This document shows, one piece after another, positions 48,348 to 59,342 of a stretch of DNA of 64,000 nucleotides; the stretch's first letter is position 1, and every line of letters begins with the position of its first letter. Made by a program: the position numbers and the translations under genes. The DNA is from Candidatus Poribacteria bacterium. GTDB lineage: Bacteria; Poribacteria; WGA-4E; WGA-3G. The notes below the pieces were generated by a model. That model had not been told where the DNA came from, did no database searches, and was given only the letters and a program-made list of their open reading frames with translations. Location: the NCBI GenBank assembly GCA_963667805.1, contig OY764016.1:2346998-2410997 (forward strand). The letters are read 5' to 3'.

Positions 48348-48385
48348 CGTAGTGGAGCGATGCTCAGAGGACCATAGTTAAAAAT
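48348..48385 (+). promoter_or_regulatory. conserved ~40-nt 5' leader (family 3) upstream of sugar phosphate isomerase
   Basis: GTAGTGGAGCGATGCTCAGAGGACCATAGTTAAAAAT-ATG. Confidence 0.5.
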
Positions 48386-49249
48386 ATGAAAATAGGATTA
48401 CGAATTCCGGGCACTGCTCGACAATTGCCCTTCGCAGATTTTTGTAAGTGGTGCGCGGATAACGGGTTTGAAGCCGTTGACATAGGAGAAACGACTCCCG
48501 AAATTGTGAAAACCGCGAGAGACGCCGGTCTCGTGATCGGGTCCGCGGATCTCCCCGGTGTCAGCGACTTACTCAGCACGAAAAAATCTAAACAGAAAGC
48601 CGGGGCTTCGGCAGCAAAAGCCGCCATTGAAGCCGCTGCTGACAATGATGTCCATATTATGTTCTGCGTCTTTGTGCCAGAAGATGCCAGTCTCGGCAGA
48701 GCCAAAAACTTTGATATTTGGAAGCGAACCATCCCACCTATCGCCGAGTTCGCCGCCTCTAAAGGTGTAACCATCGCGGTAGAAGGATGGCCTGGCCCCG
48801 GTCCCGCCTATCCTGCCCTCGGTTGCACACCGGAGATGTGGCGTGCGATGTTCGCGGAATGTTCATCCCCGGGATTAGGACTCAACTATGATCCATCACA
48901 CCTCGTCAGAATCGGGATCGATTATTTACGTGCCTTGAACGAATTCGCACCCTACGTGAAACACGTCCACGGAAAGGACACCGCCTTCGACGAAGAAGCC
49001 CTCTATCTACACGGCAATTTGGGACCGAGCCTGCAATCTGCCAAAGGTTTCGGTGAAGATTGGTGGCGTTATACGATTCCTGGCGATGGGATAGTGGATT
49101 GGCTGAGAGTGGTGCAACGTTTGGAAGACGAGGGTTTTGATGGTATCGTGAGTGTAGAACTTGAAGATTACCGGTATTGGCGAACGTGGGAAGCAGAATC
49201 GGACGGTCTGCGCCGCTCACGCGAATTCCTCGCGGAGTTTGTTCGGTAA
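48386..49249 (+). CDS. sugar phosphate isomerase/epimerase (xylose isomerase-like TIM barrel)
   Basis: GFEAVDIG, NYDPSHL, HGKD, VSVELED motifs. Confidence 0.75.
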   Translation: MKIGLRIPGTARQLPFADFCKWCADNGFEAVDIGETTPEIVKTARDAGLVIGSADLPGVSDLLSTKKSKQKAGASAAKAAIEAAADNDVHIMFCVFVPEDASLGRAKNFDIWKRTIPPIAEFAASKGVTIAVEGWPGPGPAYPALGCTPEMWRAMFAECSSPGLGLNYDPSHLVRIGIDYLRALNEFAPYVKHVHGKDTAFDEEALYLHGNLGPSLQSAKGFGEDWWRYTIPGDGIVDWLRVVQRLEDEGFDGIVSVELEDYRYWRTWEAESDGLRRSREFLAEFVR

Positions 49250-49319
49250 TTGCTCCCATGTTTGCAGAGTCGCGCCCGGTTTGTTAGAAATGTAACGGCG
49301 CAGCCAAGGAGAATTTACG

Positions 49320-50249
49320 ATGAAAGAACTTCTTCATAAGGGCATGGAAGCTTCGCCTGAGAAGTACCTTCCACACCTAATTACAGAAGAGGAGCGCACG
49401 CACTTTGAAGAAAACGGGTATCTATATGTGCCAAACGCGCTCTCTACTGAAATGCGGGAACAACTCATTCACGCCGTTGATACCTTACACAACAAAGCAC
49501 TCGCTTCGGGTAGAGCACAGCCCGGTTCACACTGGGGGTGGTCGGACTTCTTAGGTGCCGATGAGGCCCTCTTGAACCTCGTTGATTTTCCCACGACGTT
49601 ACCGAAAGTCTGGGGGATTTTGGGGTGGAATATCTACCTATACCACGCCCACATGCACGTTAAACCACCAGCAGCATCGGATGCCGAAGAGGGTGAAGGA
49701 TGGTTGGAATGGCACCAAGACAGCGGACGCGTTAACATCGAATTGGAAACCCAGCCACGCCCACGTTTATCCCTGAAAGTGGCGTATTTCCTCACAGATG
49801 TCTCTGAACCGGGCCGCGGTAACTTCTACATCCGTCCGGGCAGCCACCTGAAATCGGATATGAACGTTCCAACGGCGGAAATCAGCCGGGATCCGCGCGA
49901 AGCGACTGCAGATGATGTCCCTGACGATGCAATGCCGGTCTGCGTGGAACCCGGAACCGCCGTTCTGTTTGACAGACGGCTCTGGCACTCGCGGAGTCCA
50001 AACCACTCAGAAATGACTCGGAAGGCACTCTTCTACGGTTACGGCTACCGTTGGATCCGTCCGAAAGACGAGATGACGGTTGAACCGCTCTATGAACGGT
50101 GCGATGCGATCCGGCGGCAACTGCTCGGTGCCGCGACCCGAAACAATGGACGCTACGTTCCTTCGGAAGACGATGTGCCGTTGCGCGGATGGCTCCTTGA
50201 AAATCTTGGGGACGATCCTACCCTCGCGATGGGACCCCGGCATGCTTAA
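49320..50249 (+). CDS. phytanoyl-CoA dioxygenase (PhyH) family Fe(II)/2OG oxygenase
   Basis: WHQD motif, RLWHSRSPNHS C-terminal His region. Confidence 0.7.
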   Translation: MKELLHKGMEASPEKYLPHLITEEERTHFEENGYLYVPNALSTEMREQLIHAVDTLHNKALASGRAQPGSHWGWSDFLGADEALLNLVDFPTTLPKVWGILGWNIYLYHAHMHVKPPAASDAEEGEGWLEWHQDSGRVNIELETQPRPRLSLKVAYFLTDVSEPGRGNFYIRPGSHLKSDMNVPTAEISRDPREATADDVPDDAMPVCVEPGTAVLFDRRLWHSRSPNHSEMTRKALFYGYGYRWIRPKDEMTVEPLYERCDAIRRQLLGAATRNNGRYVPSEDDVPLRGWLLENLGDDPTLAMGPRHA

Positions 50250-50263
50250 TCCGCAATTTCTTA

Positions 50264-50286
50264 GGGCGAGGTCATGCCCCTCGCCC
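50264..50286 (+). terminator. putative intrinsic terminator after PhyH gene
   Basis: GGGCGAGG-TCATGCC-CCTCGCCC perfect 8-bp stem followed by CCCTATTTCT. Confidence 0.5.
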
Positions 50287-50406
50287 CCCTATTTCTAAGG
50301 ACAAAAATCTACATCTTCATTTATAGACATGTACCACTCTTACTGAGGATCGACTTTACCTGAACGGAAACGATCGCAGTCTTAGTTAATAATTAAATAG
50401 ATCAAA

Positions 50407-51345
50407 ATGGAGGCAGAAGTGGCAAGAAAAAAAATCAGTGTTATCGGTGCGGGGAATGTCGGCGCAACAGCGGCGTTTCTGATCGCACAAAAACAACTCG
50501 GGGACGTCGTCATGATAGATATCGTAGACGGGGTCCCGCAAGGTAAGGCATTGGACATGGCACAAATGGGGCCGGTAGAGATGTTTGATGCCGCAGTTGA
50601 CGGAGATCTGGACTACGCAGCGACCGCAGGCTCCGATTTAGTAATTATCACATCAGGTTCCCCACGGAAACCGGGAATGACACGTGAAGATCTGTTGCAA
50701 ACGAACGCCAATATCGTCGGCAGCGTCACAGAAAACGTCGTGAAACAGTCGCCAGACTGCATCATCATGATGCTCACGAATCCGCTCGACATCATGACAT
50801 ACCATGCGTGGAAAGTCTCAGGCTTCCCCTCCCATCGCGTCGTTGGACAGGCAGGGGTGCTGGATTCGGCACGGTTCCGCTATTTTATTTCGCTCGAGCT
50901 CGGTGTATCCATGGAAGACATCCATGCGCTCGTCCTCGGCGGACACGGCGATACGATGGTTCCGCTCCCACGCTATACGACCGTCAACGGTATTCCGATT
51001 CCGCAACTCATACCGGAAGATCGCATCGAATCAATGGCACAACGGACGCGTGACGGGGGTGCTGAAATCGTTAACCTCCTCAAAACGAGCGGTTATTATG
51101 CCGCGGGTGCCTCACTCGCACAGATGGCGGAAGCGATCATCCTTGATAAGAAACGGCTGCTCCCCTGCTCTGCCTATCTCACGGGACAATACGGTATTGA
51201 CGACCTTTACATTGGCGTTCCGATTAAACTCGGTGGAAACGGCGTAGAGGAAATTATCAAAATCGAACTGACGGATGACGAACTCGGTTCCTTACAACAT
51301 TCCGCAACGACCTATAAAGAAGGCATCGAATTGTTGGGGTACTAA
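50407..51345 (+). CDS. mdh: malate dehydrogenase (LDH-like)
   Basis: KISVIGAGNVG NAD motif, ITSGSPRKPGMTREDLL substrate loop (Arg), catalytic His region. Confidence 0.9.
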   Translation: MEAEVARKKISVIGAGNVGATAAFLIAQKQLGDVVMIDIVDGVPQGKALDMAQMGPVEMFDAAVDGDLDYAATAGSDLVIITSGSPRKPGMTREDLLQTNANIVGSVTENVVKQSPDCIIMMLTNPLDIMTYHAWKVSGFPSHRVVGQAGVLDSARFRYFISLELGVSMEDIHALVLGGHGDTMVPLPRYTTVNGIPIPQLIPEDRIESMAQRTRDGGAEIVNLLKTSGYYAAGASLAQMAEAIILDKKRLLPCSAYLTGQYGIDDLYIGVPIKLGGNGVEEIIKIELTDDELGSLQHSATTYKEGIELLGY

Positions 51346-51381
51346 ACAATCTTTTTATTCTATCCCTGAATATAACCAAAA

Positions 51382-51400
51382 GGCGGGCTGAATGCCCGCC
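51382..51400 (+). terminator. putative terminator hairpin after mdh
   Basis: GGCGGGC-TGAAT-GCCCGCC perfect 7-bp stem, 37 nt after mdh stop. Confidence 0.45.
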
Positions 51401-51427
51401 CAACCTTCATCACTTCAAAACCTATCA

Positions 51428-52894
51428 ATGCTAAGCTACCTCACAACGGCAAAGTATTTGAACGGCATCCACTGCCTTAAACGGCTCTGGTATGAAGAAA
51501 AACATCCCGAAAAAGCCCCGCCCCTCTCCTTGTCCCAACAGAGACTTTTCGATCAACGCAAAACGTTAAAAACGCTCGCCTACTCCCGATTCCCAGAAGG
51601 TATGTCCATTGAGGCAGAAGACCCTGATGTTGCCGTCCGACACACCAAAACCGCAATCAACCGTGGCGAATCCTGTCTTTTCAACGCTGCCTTCCTTTTA
51701 AACGGTGTTTTTGTCCGATGTGATATCCTCCAAAACGACGGAAAAGGGTGGCGAATTATTGAAATTAGAGCATCGAAAAAAATTAAAAAAGAATATCTTC
51801 TTAACTTGGCTTTACAAAAGTACATATTGGATACCTGCGATATACCGATCTATGCTACACAACTGATGCTCTTAGACGAAGCGTGCGTTTATCCAGATTT
51901 GTCCAATCTGTTTGTTTGTGTCGATGTGACGGATAAGGTTAATGTGTTAAAACGGGAAGTTCCGCGCTATCTACGGACACTCAAAACGACGCTTTACAGA
52001 GATAGTGAACCGAACGTCCTGATTGGGAAAAATCTATGCAACCGACCCCACAGGTGTCCCTTCAAGACATCCTGTTGGAGGTTAGTGCCTAAAAATTCAG
52101 TTTTCACCATTCCGAAGATCAAAGATCCTGAAGCGACTGCCTTGGCAGAAAATGGCATTTTTCGCCTCTCCGATCTTCCAACCGATTTCCCACTGACCCC
52201 ATTGCAAAGCATCTATGTTAACAGCGTTCTCGAAAATAAACCCGTAATTGACAGAGTAGCAATCCGACAAGAATTAGCAAACTTGCAATATCCGATCCAC
52301 TTTCTCGATTTTGAAACCGATAGACCTGCGATCCCACGGTTCGAGGGTTTCAAGGTATACGAAGAATTTCCGTTTCAGTACAGTTGTCACGTCCTTCAAT
52401 CCGATGGTGCGGTTACACATCACGAATACCTGCACACCGATATATCCGATCCACGTTTACCGTTTTTACAATCTCTACTGGCGCACATTTCTGACCGCGG
52501 TTCCATAGTTGTTTACAATCTATCTTTTGAACGTCGGATCCTCAGAAATCTGGCTGAATCTTTTCCCGAATATGCTTCGGCACTTCAATCAATTATTGAA
52601 AGACTCTGGGACCAGTTGACGGTTCTCAGAAAACACTACGAACATTCGGGTTTCTGTGGGTCTAAATCCCTCAAGTCGGTCCTTCCTGTATTAGTGCCTT
52701 CGCTTTCGTATAAGACCTTAGACATTCAAGAGGGCGGGGATGCGCCAGCGGTTTGGAATTTGATGCTCAGTGCAAGCAATGAAACCGAAAGGCAAGAATG
52801 GCATCGACGTTTGAGAGCCTATTGCAAACTCGATACGCTTGCAATGGTCGAAATCCATAAGGTGTTGCAAGAAAAAAGCACCTATCCCACATAA
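51428..52894 (+). CDS. DUF2779-like nuclease: Cas4/RecB-like PD-(D/E)xK domain with Cys cluster fused to DEDD 3'-5' exonuclease-like domain
   Basis: N-terminal Cys plus CNRPHRCPFKTSCW cluster (Cas4-like), C-terminal FLDFETD (Exo I), YNLSFERRIL (Exo II), YCKLDTLAM (Exo III); start moved to ATG 51428 because 51392 lies in upstream terminator hairpin. Confidence 0.5.
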   Translation: MLSYLTTAKYLNGIHCLKRLWYEEKHPEKAPPLSLSQQRLFDQRKTLKTLAYSRFPEGMSIEAEDPDVAVRHTKTAINRGESCLFNAAFLLNGVFVRCDILQNDGKGWRIIEIRASKKIKKEYLLNLALQKYILDTCDIPIYATQLMLLDEACVYPDLSNLFVCVDVTDKVNVLKREVPRYLRTLKTTLYRDSEPNVLIGKNLCNRPHRCPFKTSCWRLVPKNSVFTIPKIKDPEATALAENGIFRLSDLPTDFPLTPLQSIYVNSVLENKPVIDRVAIRQELANLQYPIHFLDFETDRPAIPRFEGFKVYEEFPFQYSCHVLQSDGAVTHHEYLHTDISDPRLPFLQSLLAHISDRGSIVVYNLSFERRILRNLAESFPEYASALQSIIERLWDQLTVLRKHYEHSGFCGSKSLKSVLPVLVPSLSYKTLDIQEGGDAPAVWNLMLSASNETERQEWHRRLRAYCKLDTLAMVEIHKVLQEKSTYPT

Positions 52895-52951
52895 CGTGAT
52901 AGGTGCTATGGATCAGAATCCGCAATAAGCCAGACGAAACGACATAACCCA

Positions 52952-54886
52952 CTATTTCTGATCTTTTTTCTCGTCCTCGTCAACAACTTCGTATTCAGCA
53001 TCAACGACATCGCTATCCGCAGGGTCAGCCGTTGCTTCAGTAGCAGATGGATCGCCTGCTGCAGCTCCTGGATCTGCATCGGCTGTCTGTTGATACATCT
53101 GTGCAGATACCTCATGCCAGACCTGTGTTAACGCCTCCGTTGCGGATTGGATTTCAGCATGGTTGTCCGCTTCCAATGCCTGCTTGACACGGGCAACGGC
53201 ATCGTTCACTTTCTCCTTGGAAGCATCGTCTACCTTGTCCCCGAACTCGTTCAGGTTCTTCTCAGTCTCGTAGACCATAGAATCCGCCTGGTTACGCGTC
53301 TCAACCTCCTCACGTTTCTGCTTATCCTCTTCGGCGTGTGTCTCTGCATCTTTTACCATCTGATCAATCTCGGCATCGGTAAGCCCGGAGGAGGCGGTAA
53401 TGGTAATCTTCTGCTCCTTACCGGTTGCGGTATCCTTCGCAGATACGTTGAGAATACCGTTTGCGTCAATATCAAACGTCACTTCAATCTGTGGGATACC
53501 TCTGGGAGCTGGTGGTAACTCGCTCAAACGGAAGCGTCCGATGGTTTTGTTGTAAACCGCCTGTTCCCGTTCACCTTGGAGGACATGCACATCAACCGAG
53601 GTCTGATTGTTCTCAGCCGTCGTGAAGATATTCGATTTCTTCGTAGGAATCGTTGTATTCCTGTCAATCAACCGCGTGAACATTCCACCGAGGGTCTCAA
53701 TCCCAAGTGAGAGCGGCGTGACATCCAACAAAAGAATATCTTTGACTTCTTCATCCCCAGCGAGCACACCGCCTTGGATTGCGGCACCGATTGCGACGAC
53801 TTCATCTGGATTGACCCCTTTGTGGGGTTCTTTGCCGAAGAGTTGCTGGACGGCTTCTTGAACCTTAGGCATGCGTGTTTGTCCACCGACGAGGATAACC
53901 TCATCGATATCGGAGGGTTGCATTTCAGCGTCCGCCAGAGCCTGTCGACAAGGATCGAGCGACCGTTGGACGAGGCTATCCGTAATCTGCTCCAGTTTTG
54001 GACGAGTGAGCGTCAAGTTAAGGTGCTTCGGTCCGCTGGCATCACTGGTAATAAAAGGCAGGTTAATCTCAGTCTGTTGCGTGCTGGAAAGCTCACACTT
54101 TGCTGTTTCTGCGGCTTCTTTCAGGCGTTGCAGTGCCATCGGATCGTTGCGGAGATCAATGCCTTGGCTACTGAGGAATTCTTGCGCCATCCAGTCAATA
54201 ACCGCCTGATCGAAGTCATCCCCCCCGAGATGTGTATCACCGTTGGTACTTTTCACTTCGAAAACGCCATCGCCGATTTCCAGGATAGAGATGTCAAACG
54301 TGCCGCCCCCGAGATCATAGACTGCGATCTTTCTATCGCCTTCATTTTGCAATCCGTAAGCGAGAGATGCAGCAGTCGGTTCGTTGATAATCCGCTCGAC
54401 CTCTAACCCCGCGATTTTACCTGCATCGGCTGTCGCCTGACGTTGGGAGTCGTTGAAGTAGGCAGGAACGGTAATAACCGCTTTCGTGACCTCTTCTCCG
54501 AGGTATGCCTCAGCGGTTTCCTTCATTTTCCGCAAAACCATAGCGGAGATTTCAGGCGGCGAGTAATCCTTGCCCTCAATATTTACAGCGACATCGCCAT
54601 CTTTATCTGCTTTTAATTCATAAGACACACGGCTGGCATCGTCCCCAATCTCGTTATATTTCCGTCCCATGAACCTTTTAATCGAAAAGATTGTATTTTG
54701 TGGGTTCGTGATCGCTTGTCTTTTTGCGACCTGTCCGACGGGACGTTCACCGTCACTGGTGAAACCAACAATCGAGGGAGTCGTTCGGTTTCCTTCGGTG
54801 TTTTCAATCACCTTGGCAGCGCCGCTTTCTAAAACAGCCACACATGAATTTGTTGTCCCTAAATCAATTCCAATGACTTTGCTCAT
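52952..54886 (-). CDS. dnaK: molecular chaperone DnaK (Hsp70)
   Basis: [29 protein letters not shown] motifs; start ATG 54886 after AAGGAGA. Confidence 0.95.
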   Translation of the reverse strand: MSKVIGIDLGTTNSCVAVLESGAAKVIENTEGNRTTPSIVGFTSDGERPVGQVAKRQAITNPQNTIFSIKRFMGRKYNEIGDDASRVSYELKADKDGDVAVNIEGKDYSPPEISAMVLRKMKETAEAYLGEEVTKAVITVPAYFNDSQRQATADAGKIAGLEVERIINEPTAASLAYGLQNEGDRKIAVYDLGGGTFDISILEIGDGVFEVKSTNGDTHLGGDDFDQAVIDWMAQEFLSSQGIDLRNDPMALQRLKEAAETAKCELSSTQQTEINLPFITSDASGPKHLNLTLTRPKLEQITDSLVQRSLDPCRQALADAEMQPSDIDEVILVGGQTRMPKVQEAVQQLFGKEPHKGVNPDEVVAIGAAIQGGVLAGDEEVKDILLLDVTPLSLGIETLGGMFTRLIDRNTTIPTKKSNIFTTAENNQTSVDVHVLQGEREQAVYNKTIGRFRLSELPPAPRGIPQIEVTFDIDANGILNVSAKDTATGKEQKITITASSGLTDAEIDQMVKDAETHAEEDKQKREEVETRNQADSMVYETEKNLNEFGDKVDDASKEKVNDAVARVKQALEADNHAEIQSATEALTQVWHEVSAQMYQQTADADPGAAAGDPSATEATADPADSDVVDAEYEVVDEDEKKDQK

Positions 54887-55103
54887 CTTCGATTTCTCCT
54901 TTGCATAAATATGATAGATTTCAGAATTAAGCACAAACTATGGTGAATTCCGGTTAGCGTTCTTGTGGCTGGCACAAACCAACAGTTTATACTACAACAT
55001 AGTATGCAATATTTATGCCAATGGTAATTGATGGAAATAAGGGAAATTCCCGCGGGTTGTCTGCCAAATTGGCACAGTCTTAAAAGGGTTGTGATTCTAT
55101 ATG

Positions 55104-55949
55104 TCAATTTGACCCATCGCGCCCGCCATACCTCTGTTTGAGAAGCCCCCATGTTGTCGGCAATTTTTCATCGGGTTCAACAGCCAAAATCTCTTGGATA
55201 CTACTCCCCTGAATTTCTTTAACTTCATCCTGTGAAAGCCCACGGTTAAAGAGTGCAAACTCATCAATAACGCCGTTATAATAGCGATTGAGCGCGGGTG
55301 GATCCTCCCTACCGAGTAAGAGCGGGGCATCAATCGGCACCAGTTCATTGCCATTCTTCGGGTAATCTATCAGGACCTCGCCGTCGAGATAGACGGTCCA
55401 CCACTCGCCACTCTGAAATGAAACAGCGACGTGTTGCCATTTGTCTTTAACGACATCGCGAGGGCTTTGTGCCGGCACAACGCGTCCACCTGTCAACTTC
55501 CATCCCATCCATATAAAACCGTCGGGATGGAGCAGCACCTCGAAAAATTCCTGCACGTCAGGTCCCTTCGCTGCTATGAGTTGCCATGTGCCGGGTCCCG
55601 CCTTCAAAGTGGGTAGAATCCAAGCGGCAATCGTAATTCCATCGGTAAATTCAAAGGCATCGGAATGCTCTACGCTAACGATCCCATCTTTTCCGCCGAA
55701 ATTCACCGCTTTCCCGAATTTCCCATCCGTCCACGACGTATCCCCCTCTAATTTTCCATCCTGTCCGTTACCCGAGAGATCCGCCACGGCTTTACCAGCA
55801 CCCTCTTCAAAAGCGAAATAGACGACCAACCCCTCAAGTTCCGCGGCTGTGCCGATACTTTGTAAACTCACCACCAGACACACAACACATAAGCACACCC
55901 TCTTCACATATGGGATTTTGGTCTGTAAGTTACGCCTAACGTTACGCAT
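55104..55949 (-). CDS. secreted LamG-like / concanavalin A-like lectin domain protein
   Basis: Signal peptide, LamG-like jelly-roll pattern. Confidence 0.45.
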   Translation of the reverse strand: MRNVRRNLQTKIPYVKRVCLCVVCLVVSLQSIGTAAELEGLVVYFAFEEGAGKAVADLSGNGQDGKLEGDTSWTDGKFGKAVNFGGKDGIVSVEHSDAFEFTDGITIAAWILPTLKAGPGTWQLIAAKGPDVQEFFEVLLHPDGFIWMGWKLTGGRVVPAQSPRDVVKDKWQHVAVSFQSGEWWTVYLDGEVLIDYPKNGNELVPIDAPLLLGREDPPALNRYYNGVIDEFALFNRGLSQDEVKEIQGSSIQEILAVEPDEKLPTTWGLLKQRYGGRDGSN

Positions 55950-56067
55950 GAGTATCCTCCAGTTTCATAGGATTCGCGCGTTAAACAATACGGGCAGATG
56001 TGAAGAACACCCGCCCGTTAAACAGGATTATTTAGTTTTAAGCAGTTGTCTAATTGTGGGCGGTTTT

Positions 56068-56102
56068 TTCGGGGGACCGGAGCGGTTACAAACCGCTCCT
56101 AC
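56068..56102. repeat. hairpin repeat family 2, second copy
   Basis: GGAGCGGTTACAAACCGCTCCTACCGAGCCTGGGG; same stem and tail as 11613..11649. Confidence 0.7.
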
Positions 56103-56173
56103 CGAGCCTGGGGAAACCAGGCAGAAGCATGGAAAACTGAATAGCCCAACCTGTTAAACACTCGCATATATCT

Positions 56174-56896
56174 CTACGCAAATGGGAACGTCCCTTGATA
56201 CCCGCGCGGACGAGAGACATGCCACACGCCTTCATACATCGGGGTCACCTGATAATGACACACAACATTGCTCCGCTCCATGTCGTCCCGTTCCTTGGCA
56301 CCTTGGTGCGGGATGTGATTGATAAACACGACACAATCCCCCGCTTTGGGATACAGGATAACATGTTCTTGTGCGTCACACCACGCCTCGAATTTAGGAC
56401 GATCCAATGGATAGAGATGCGGGGGTTCTGACAGATGACCACCTTTGATAAACTTGAGGTGTCCCTCACCGGGATCGTTGTCTTGGAAGTAGAAGGTGGT
56501 GTTAATCCCCACAGGTGCCATTGCGAAGGGATGCTCCTGAACATACCGCTGCTCCTGCCAATAGCCGTAAAAATCCATGTGCCATTCTTGGAGATAGGGA
56601 CCTGGATTGATGTGCGCCCGTAGGCTCCGCAGTTGACACTGTTTGCCCATCAAGCCCTCAAGGTAAGGACGGACACTCGAATGCCCGACAAGCGACTGGT
56701 ATGTATCCGGTTCCCGATCAAGGAGCGTATCGAACCACATATTGCCGACGGCGTTCAAGCCTTCCTCCCAGCCCTGTTCCCGCGCATAATTGATGCGCTG
56801 ACGGATACGCTCTGTCTCATCTGGCGACAACGCACCCTCTATCAAAACGAAGCCATTCTGTTGCAGTTTCTTGAGTTCATCTTTAATGTCTGCCAT
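56174..56896 (-). CDS. phytanoyl-CoA dioxygenase (PhyH) family Fe(II)/2OG oxygenase
   Basis: EWHMD motif, C-terminal His (INHIPHQG). Confidence 0.6.
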   Translation of the reverse strand: MADIKDELKKLQQNGFVLIEGALSPDETERIRQRINYAREQGWEEGLNAVGNMWFDTLLDREPDTYQSLVGHSSVRPYLEGLMGKQCQLRSLRAHINPGPYLQEWHMDFYGYWQEQRYVQEHPFAMAPVGINTTFYFQDNDPGEGHLKFIKGGHLSEPPHLYPLDRPKFEAWCDAQEHVILYPKAGDCVVFINHIPHQGAKERDDMERSNVVCHYQVTPMYEGVWHVSRPRGYQGTFPFA

Positions 56897-56966
56897 CTTC
56901 TCATCTCCTTCTGAAGATTCAGAGTTGTTGACGGTATTCTATACATTTCTATAAAAGGGGTCAACC

Positions 56967-58451
56967 TTAATTGCCAACGAACAGTTTGGCGAACAAACCC
57001 CAACCGCTTATTCCGGCAAATATGATGAGGACAGCAGCAGAAATCAGCGCACCGACGAACATGAACGGACGTGTCCGATACGCAGCAGGCAGCTTCGCGT
57101 TCAGATAGAGTGCTGCGAGCATCATCAAAGCGATCGAAAAATTCGCCAAAATAAAGCCGGCGACTTGAGTCAAGATGTCAAACGGGATGTTCAACCAGAT
57201 CAGCACCATCGTCGTCAGAAAAATATAGACACATATCCATCTACGAAGTGTATCGTAGTTCCATTCGCGGTGGGGCCAGATGGCTCGAAAGAACTCCTGC
57301 ATGACCCGTGCGTAGATTTCTGGGAGTGCCTGCAGCGTTCCCCACAGCGCGACGATGATACAGATGTAGTACACCCATACGAGTGAGCCATGAATATTTT
57401 TCCAGACACTCGCCTGATCGGTCAGTAGGCTCCACCCTTCAAAAGTGCTTTGCATCCCATACAGGACAGCAGCACCTGAGATCATGAACGCTCCTGTCAC
57501 AATGAAGAGGACGATCGCGCCCATACCGATATCCCACTGGAGTGGAGCAAGGATTTTTCGGAGTTGGCTGACCTGTTCAGGTTGTTCAGGGAGATAATCG
57601 ATTCTATCACGAGTAGAGGCACGCTGACGGATCGCGTCAATGTTCCGATGTGATGTCATCCCCCACCGGTGCATGCTTACCCAATTTGCGTAAACAACGT
57701 ATCCCATTACAGAACCACCGACGTAACCAAACGCAGTCGCCATTGTCAATAAAGGGTTTTCAACCGCATCTTTGGGTGCCCATTCAGGGAATTCAGGCAA
57801 ATGTCCAAAACGGAGACTCCCAACGAGTGCCTTACCAAAGTCGGGACGCACCATGAGTGTGCCAATAATCGTTCCGACAACAAGAATGAGGCAGATAATG
57901 AGTTGCTGTTTTTCAAGCCTCTCAAAGGAGATACGTAAACCGAAAAGGAGTGCGAGGGTGATAAAGCAGGATGTGATTAGGTTTTCCCAAACGAGTTGCG
58001 AGATACCTGAAGACAGTGTATCTCTGAACAGAAAATGAAGCAGCGCCCCGCACGGTTTGGCAATCGGCACCCATGCCAAAGGCGCGCCGATCATCTCAAA
58101 GAGGACAATCGCGAGGAGGAGCCAGCCCCGCGGTCCAGGCAGCTTGGCAAGCCGCTGCCCGATGTATTCACCACTCACCGCTGTATAGCGACCGAGCAGA
58201 TAGGTGACAAAAATACCTTTCACGACGCAGCTGAGCAGGACAAGCCAGAGCAAGTTATAACCTGCCCACGCCCCTGCCCGGACGACAACAATCGTCTCGC
58301 CTGCTCCGATACTCACCGAGGCAACAATCGCCGCGGGTCCAAACACCGATGCAAGCGCGATAATCTTTTTCAGCGACCACGGTTCGGCATAAGGACCGGT
58401 GACGGGTGGGATGTCAACAGGTTCAGTCGTTTGTGTCTCTTCTGTTTGCAT
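56967..58451 (-). CDS. NRAMP family divalent metal cation transporter
   Basis: At least 11 TM, N-terminal GPG/ASV...GAGE region typical of NRAMP; ORF extends to 58499, start at ATG 58451 preferred. Confidence 0.55.
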   Translation of the reverse strand: MQTEETQTTEPVDIPPVTGPYAEPWSLKKIIALASVFGPAAIVASVSIGAGETIVVVRAGAWAGYNLLWLVLLSCVVKGIFVTYLLGRYTAVSGEYIGQRLAKLPGPRGWLLLAIVLFEMIGAPLAWVPIAKPCGALLHFLFRDTLSSGISQLVWENLITSCFITLALLFGLRISFERLEKQQLIICLILVVGTIIGTLMVRPDFGKALVGSLRFGHLPEFPEWAPKDAVENPLLTMATAFGYVGGSVMGYVVYANWVSMHRWGMTSHRNIDAIRQRASTRDRIDYLPEQPEQVSQLRKILAPLQWDIGMGAIVLFIVTGAFMISGAAVLYGMQSTFEGWSLLTDQASVWKNIHGSLVWVYYICIIVALWGTLQALPEIYARVMQEFFRAIWPHREWNYDTLRRWICVYIFLTTMVLIWLNIPFDILTQVAGFILANFSIALMMLAALYLNAKLPAAYRTRPFMFVGALISAAVLIIFAGISGWGLFAKLFVGN

Positions 58452-58514
58452 AAACGGTTCCCAATAACAACAAGCGGACTTCGAGAGAAGCCCGCTCACT
58501 GTTAACTTATATGC

Positions 58515-59249
58515 TTATTCTTCTTCTAAGGGTTCTAAGGGTTGTGCGTTGCCAAAGACAGGGGTCGGTGCGTTGCCGGGTGCTGCCCATCGAGAGGCAT
58601 TCGCAATAACGTGTCGAACGTTCTCATCGTAAAAGATGGGATACGTCTCATGACCGGGACGGAAATAGAAGATTTTCCCTCTGCCCCGATAATAACAACA
58701 TCCACTTCGGAAGACTTCACCGCCGGGGAACCAGCTGACGAAAATAAGGGTATCGGGTTCAGGAATATCAAACGGCTCGCCATACATCTCGGCGTGCTCA
58801 ATTTCAAAGTATTCGCCTAAGCCTTCAACGATTGGGTGTCCGTGCTCAATGACCCAGAGACGTTCCTTCTCGCCTGCTTCACGCCATTTGAGACTACACG
58901 ATGTGCCCATCAACCCCGTAAAAGGTTTAGAATAGTGGGCGGAGTGCAGGACAATCAGTCCCATACCGTCTAACACACGGGCGCGAACTTTAGCGGCAAT
59001 TTCGTCCTCAACAGCATTATGTGCCGCATGCCCCCACCAGATGAGGACATCGGTGTTTGAAAGCACATCGTCAGTCAAGCCGTGTTCGGGTTCATCCAGC
59101 GTTGCCCCCCGGACCTTAAAACCGCCAGCTTTATCGAGTCCATCGGCAATTGCGGCATGGATGCCATTCGGATAGATACCGCGAATGAACTCGTTCGTTT
59201 TTTCGTGTCTAAATTCATTCCAGACTGTAACCTGAATCGGTTGCGTCAT
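58515..59249 (-). CDS. ThuA domain protein (glutamine amidotransferase-like)
   Basis: [10 protein letters not shown]...GIHAAIA N-terminus and LIWWGH motif characteristic of ThuA. Confidence 0.6.
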   Translation of the reverse strand: MTQPIQVTVWNEFRHEKTNEFIRGIYPNGIHAAIADGLDKAGGFKVRGATLDEPEHGLTDDVLSNTDVLIWWGHAAHNAVEDEIAAKVRARVLDGMGLIVLHSAHYSKPFTGLMGTSCSLKWREAGEKERLWVIEHGHPIVEGLGEYFEIEHAEMYGEPFDIPEPDTLIFVSWFPGGEVFRSGCCYYRGRGKIFYFRPGHETYPIFYDENVRHVIANASRWAAPGNAPTPVFGNAQPLEPLEEE

Positions 59250-59342
59250 AAGTTTCTCCTTAATTGTCTAATAACAGAAATATGTTGAAAACCTCCATCG
59301 AGATTTTCCCATTCAACTACAGTAAATTCTAAATATACCCAG

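Noticed and set aside
54886-55104. CIRCE-like element (TTAGCGTTC...GCACAAACC) upstream of dnaK
   Set aside because: The right half does not match the CIRCE consensus GAGTGCTAA. Only a short TTGTG-GCTGG-CACAA palindrome is present, which is insufficient.
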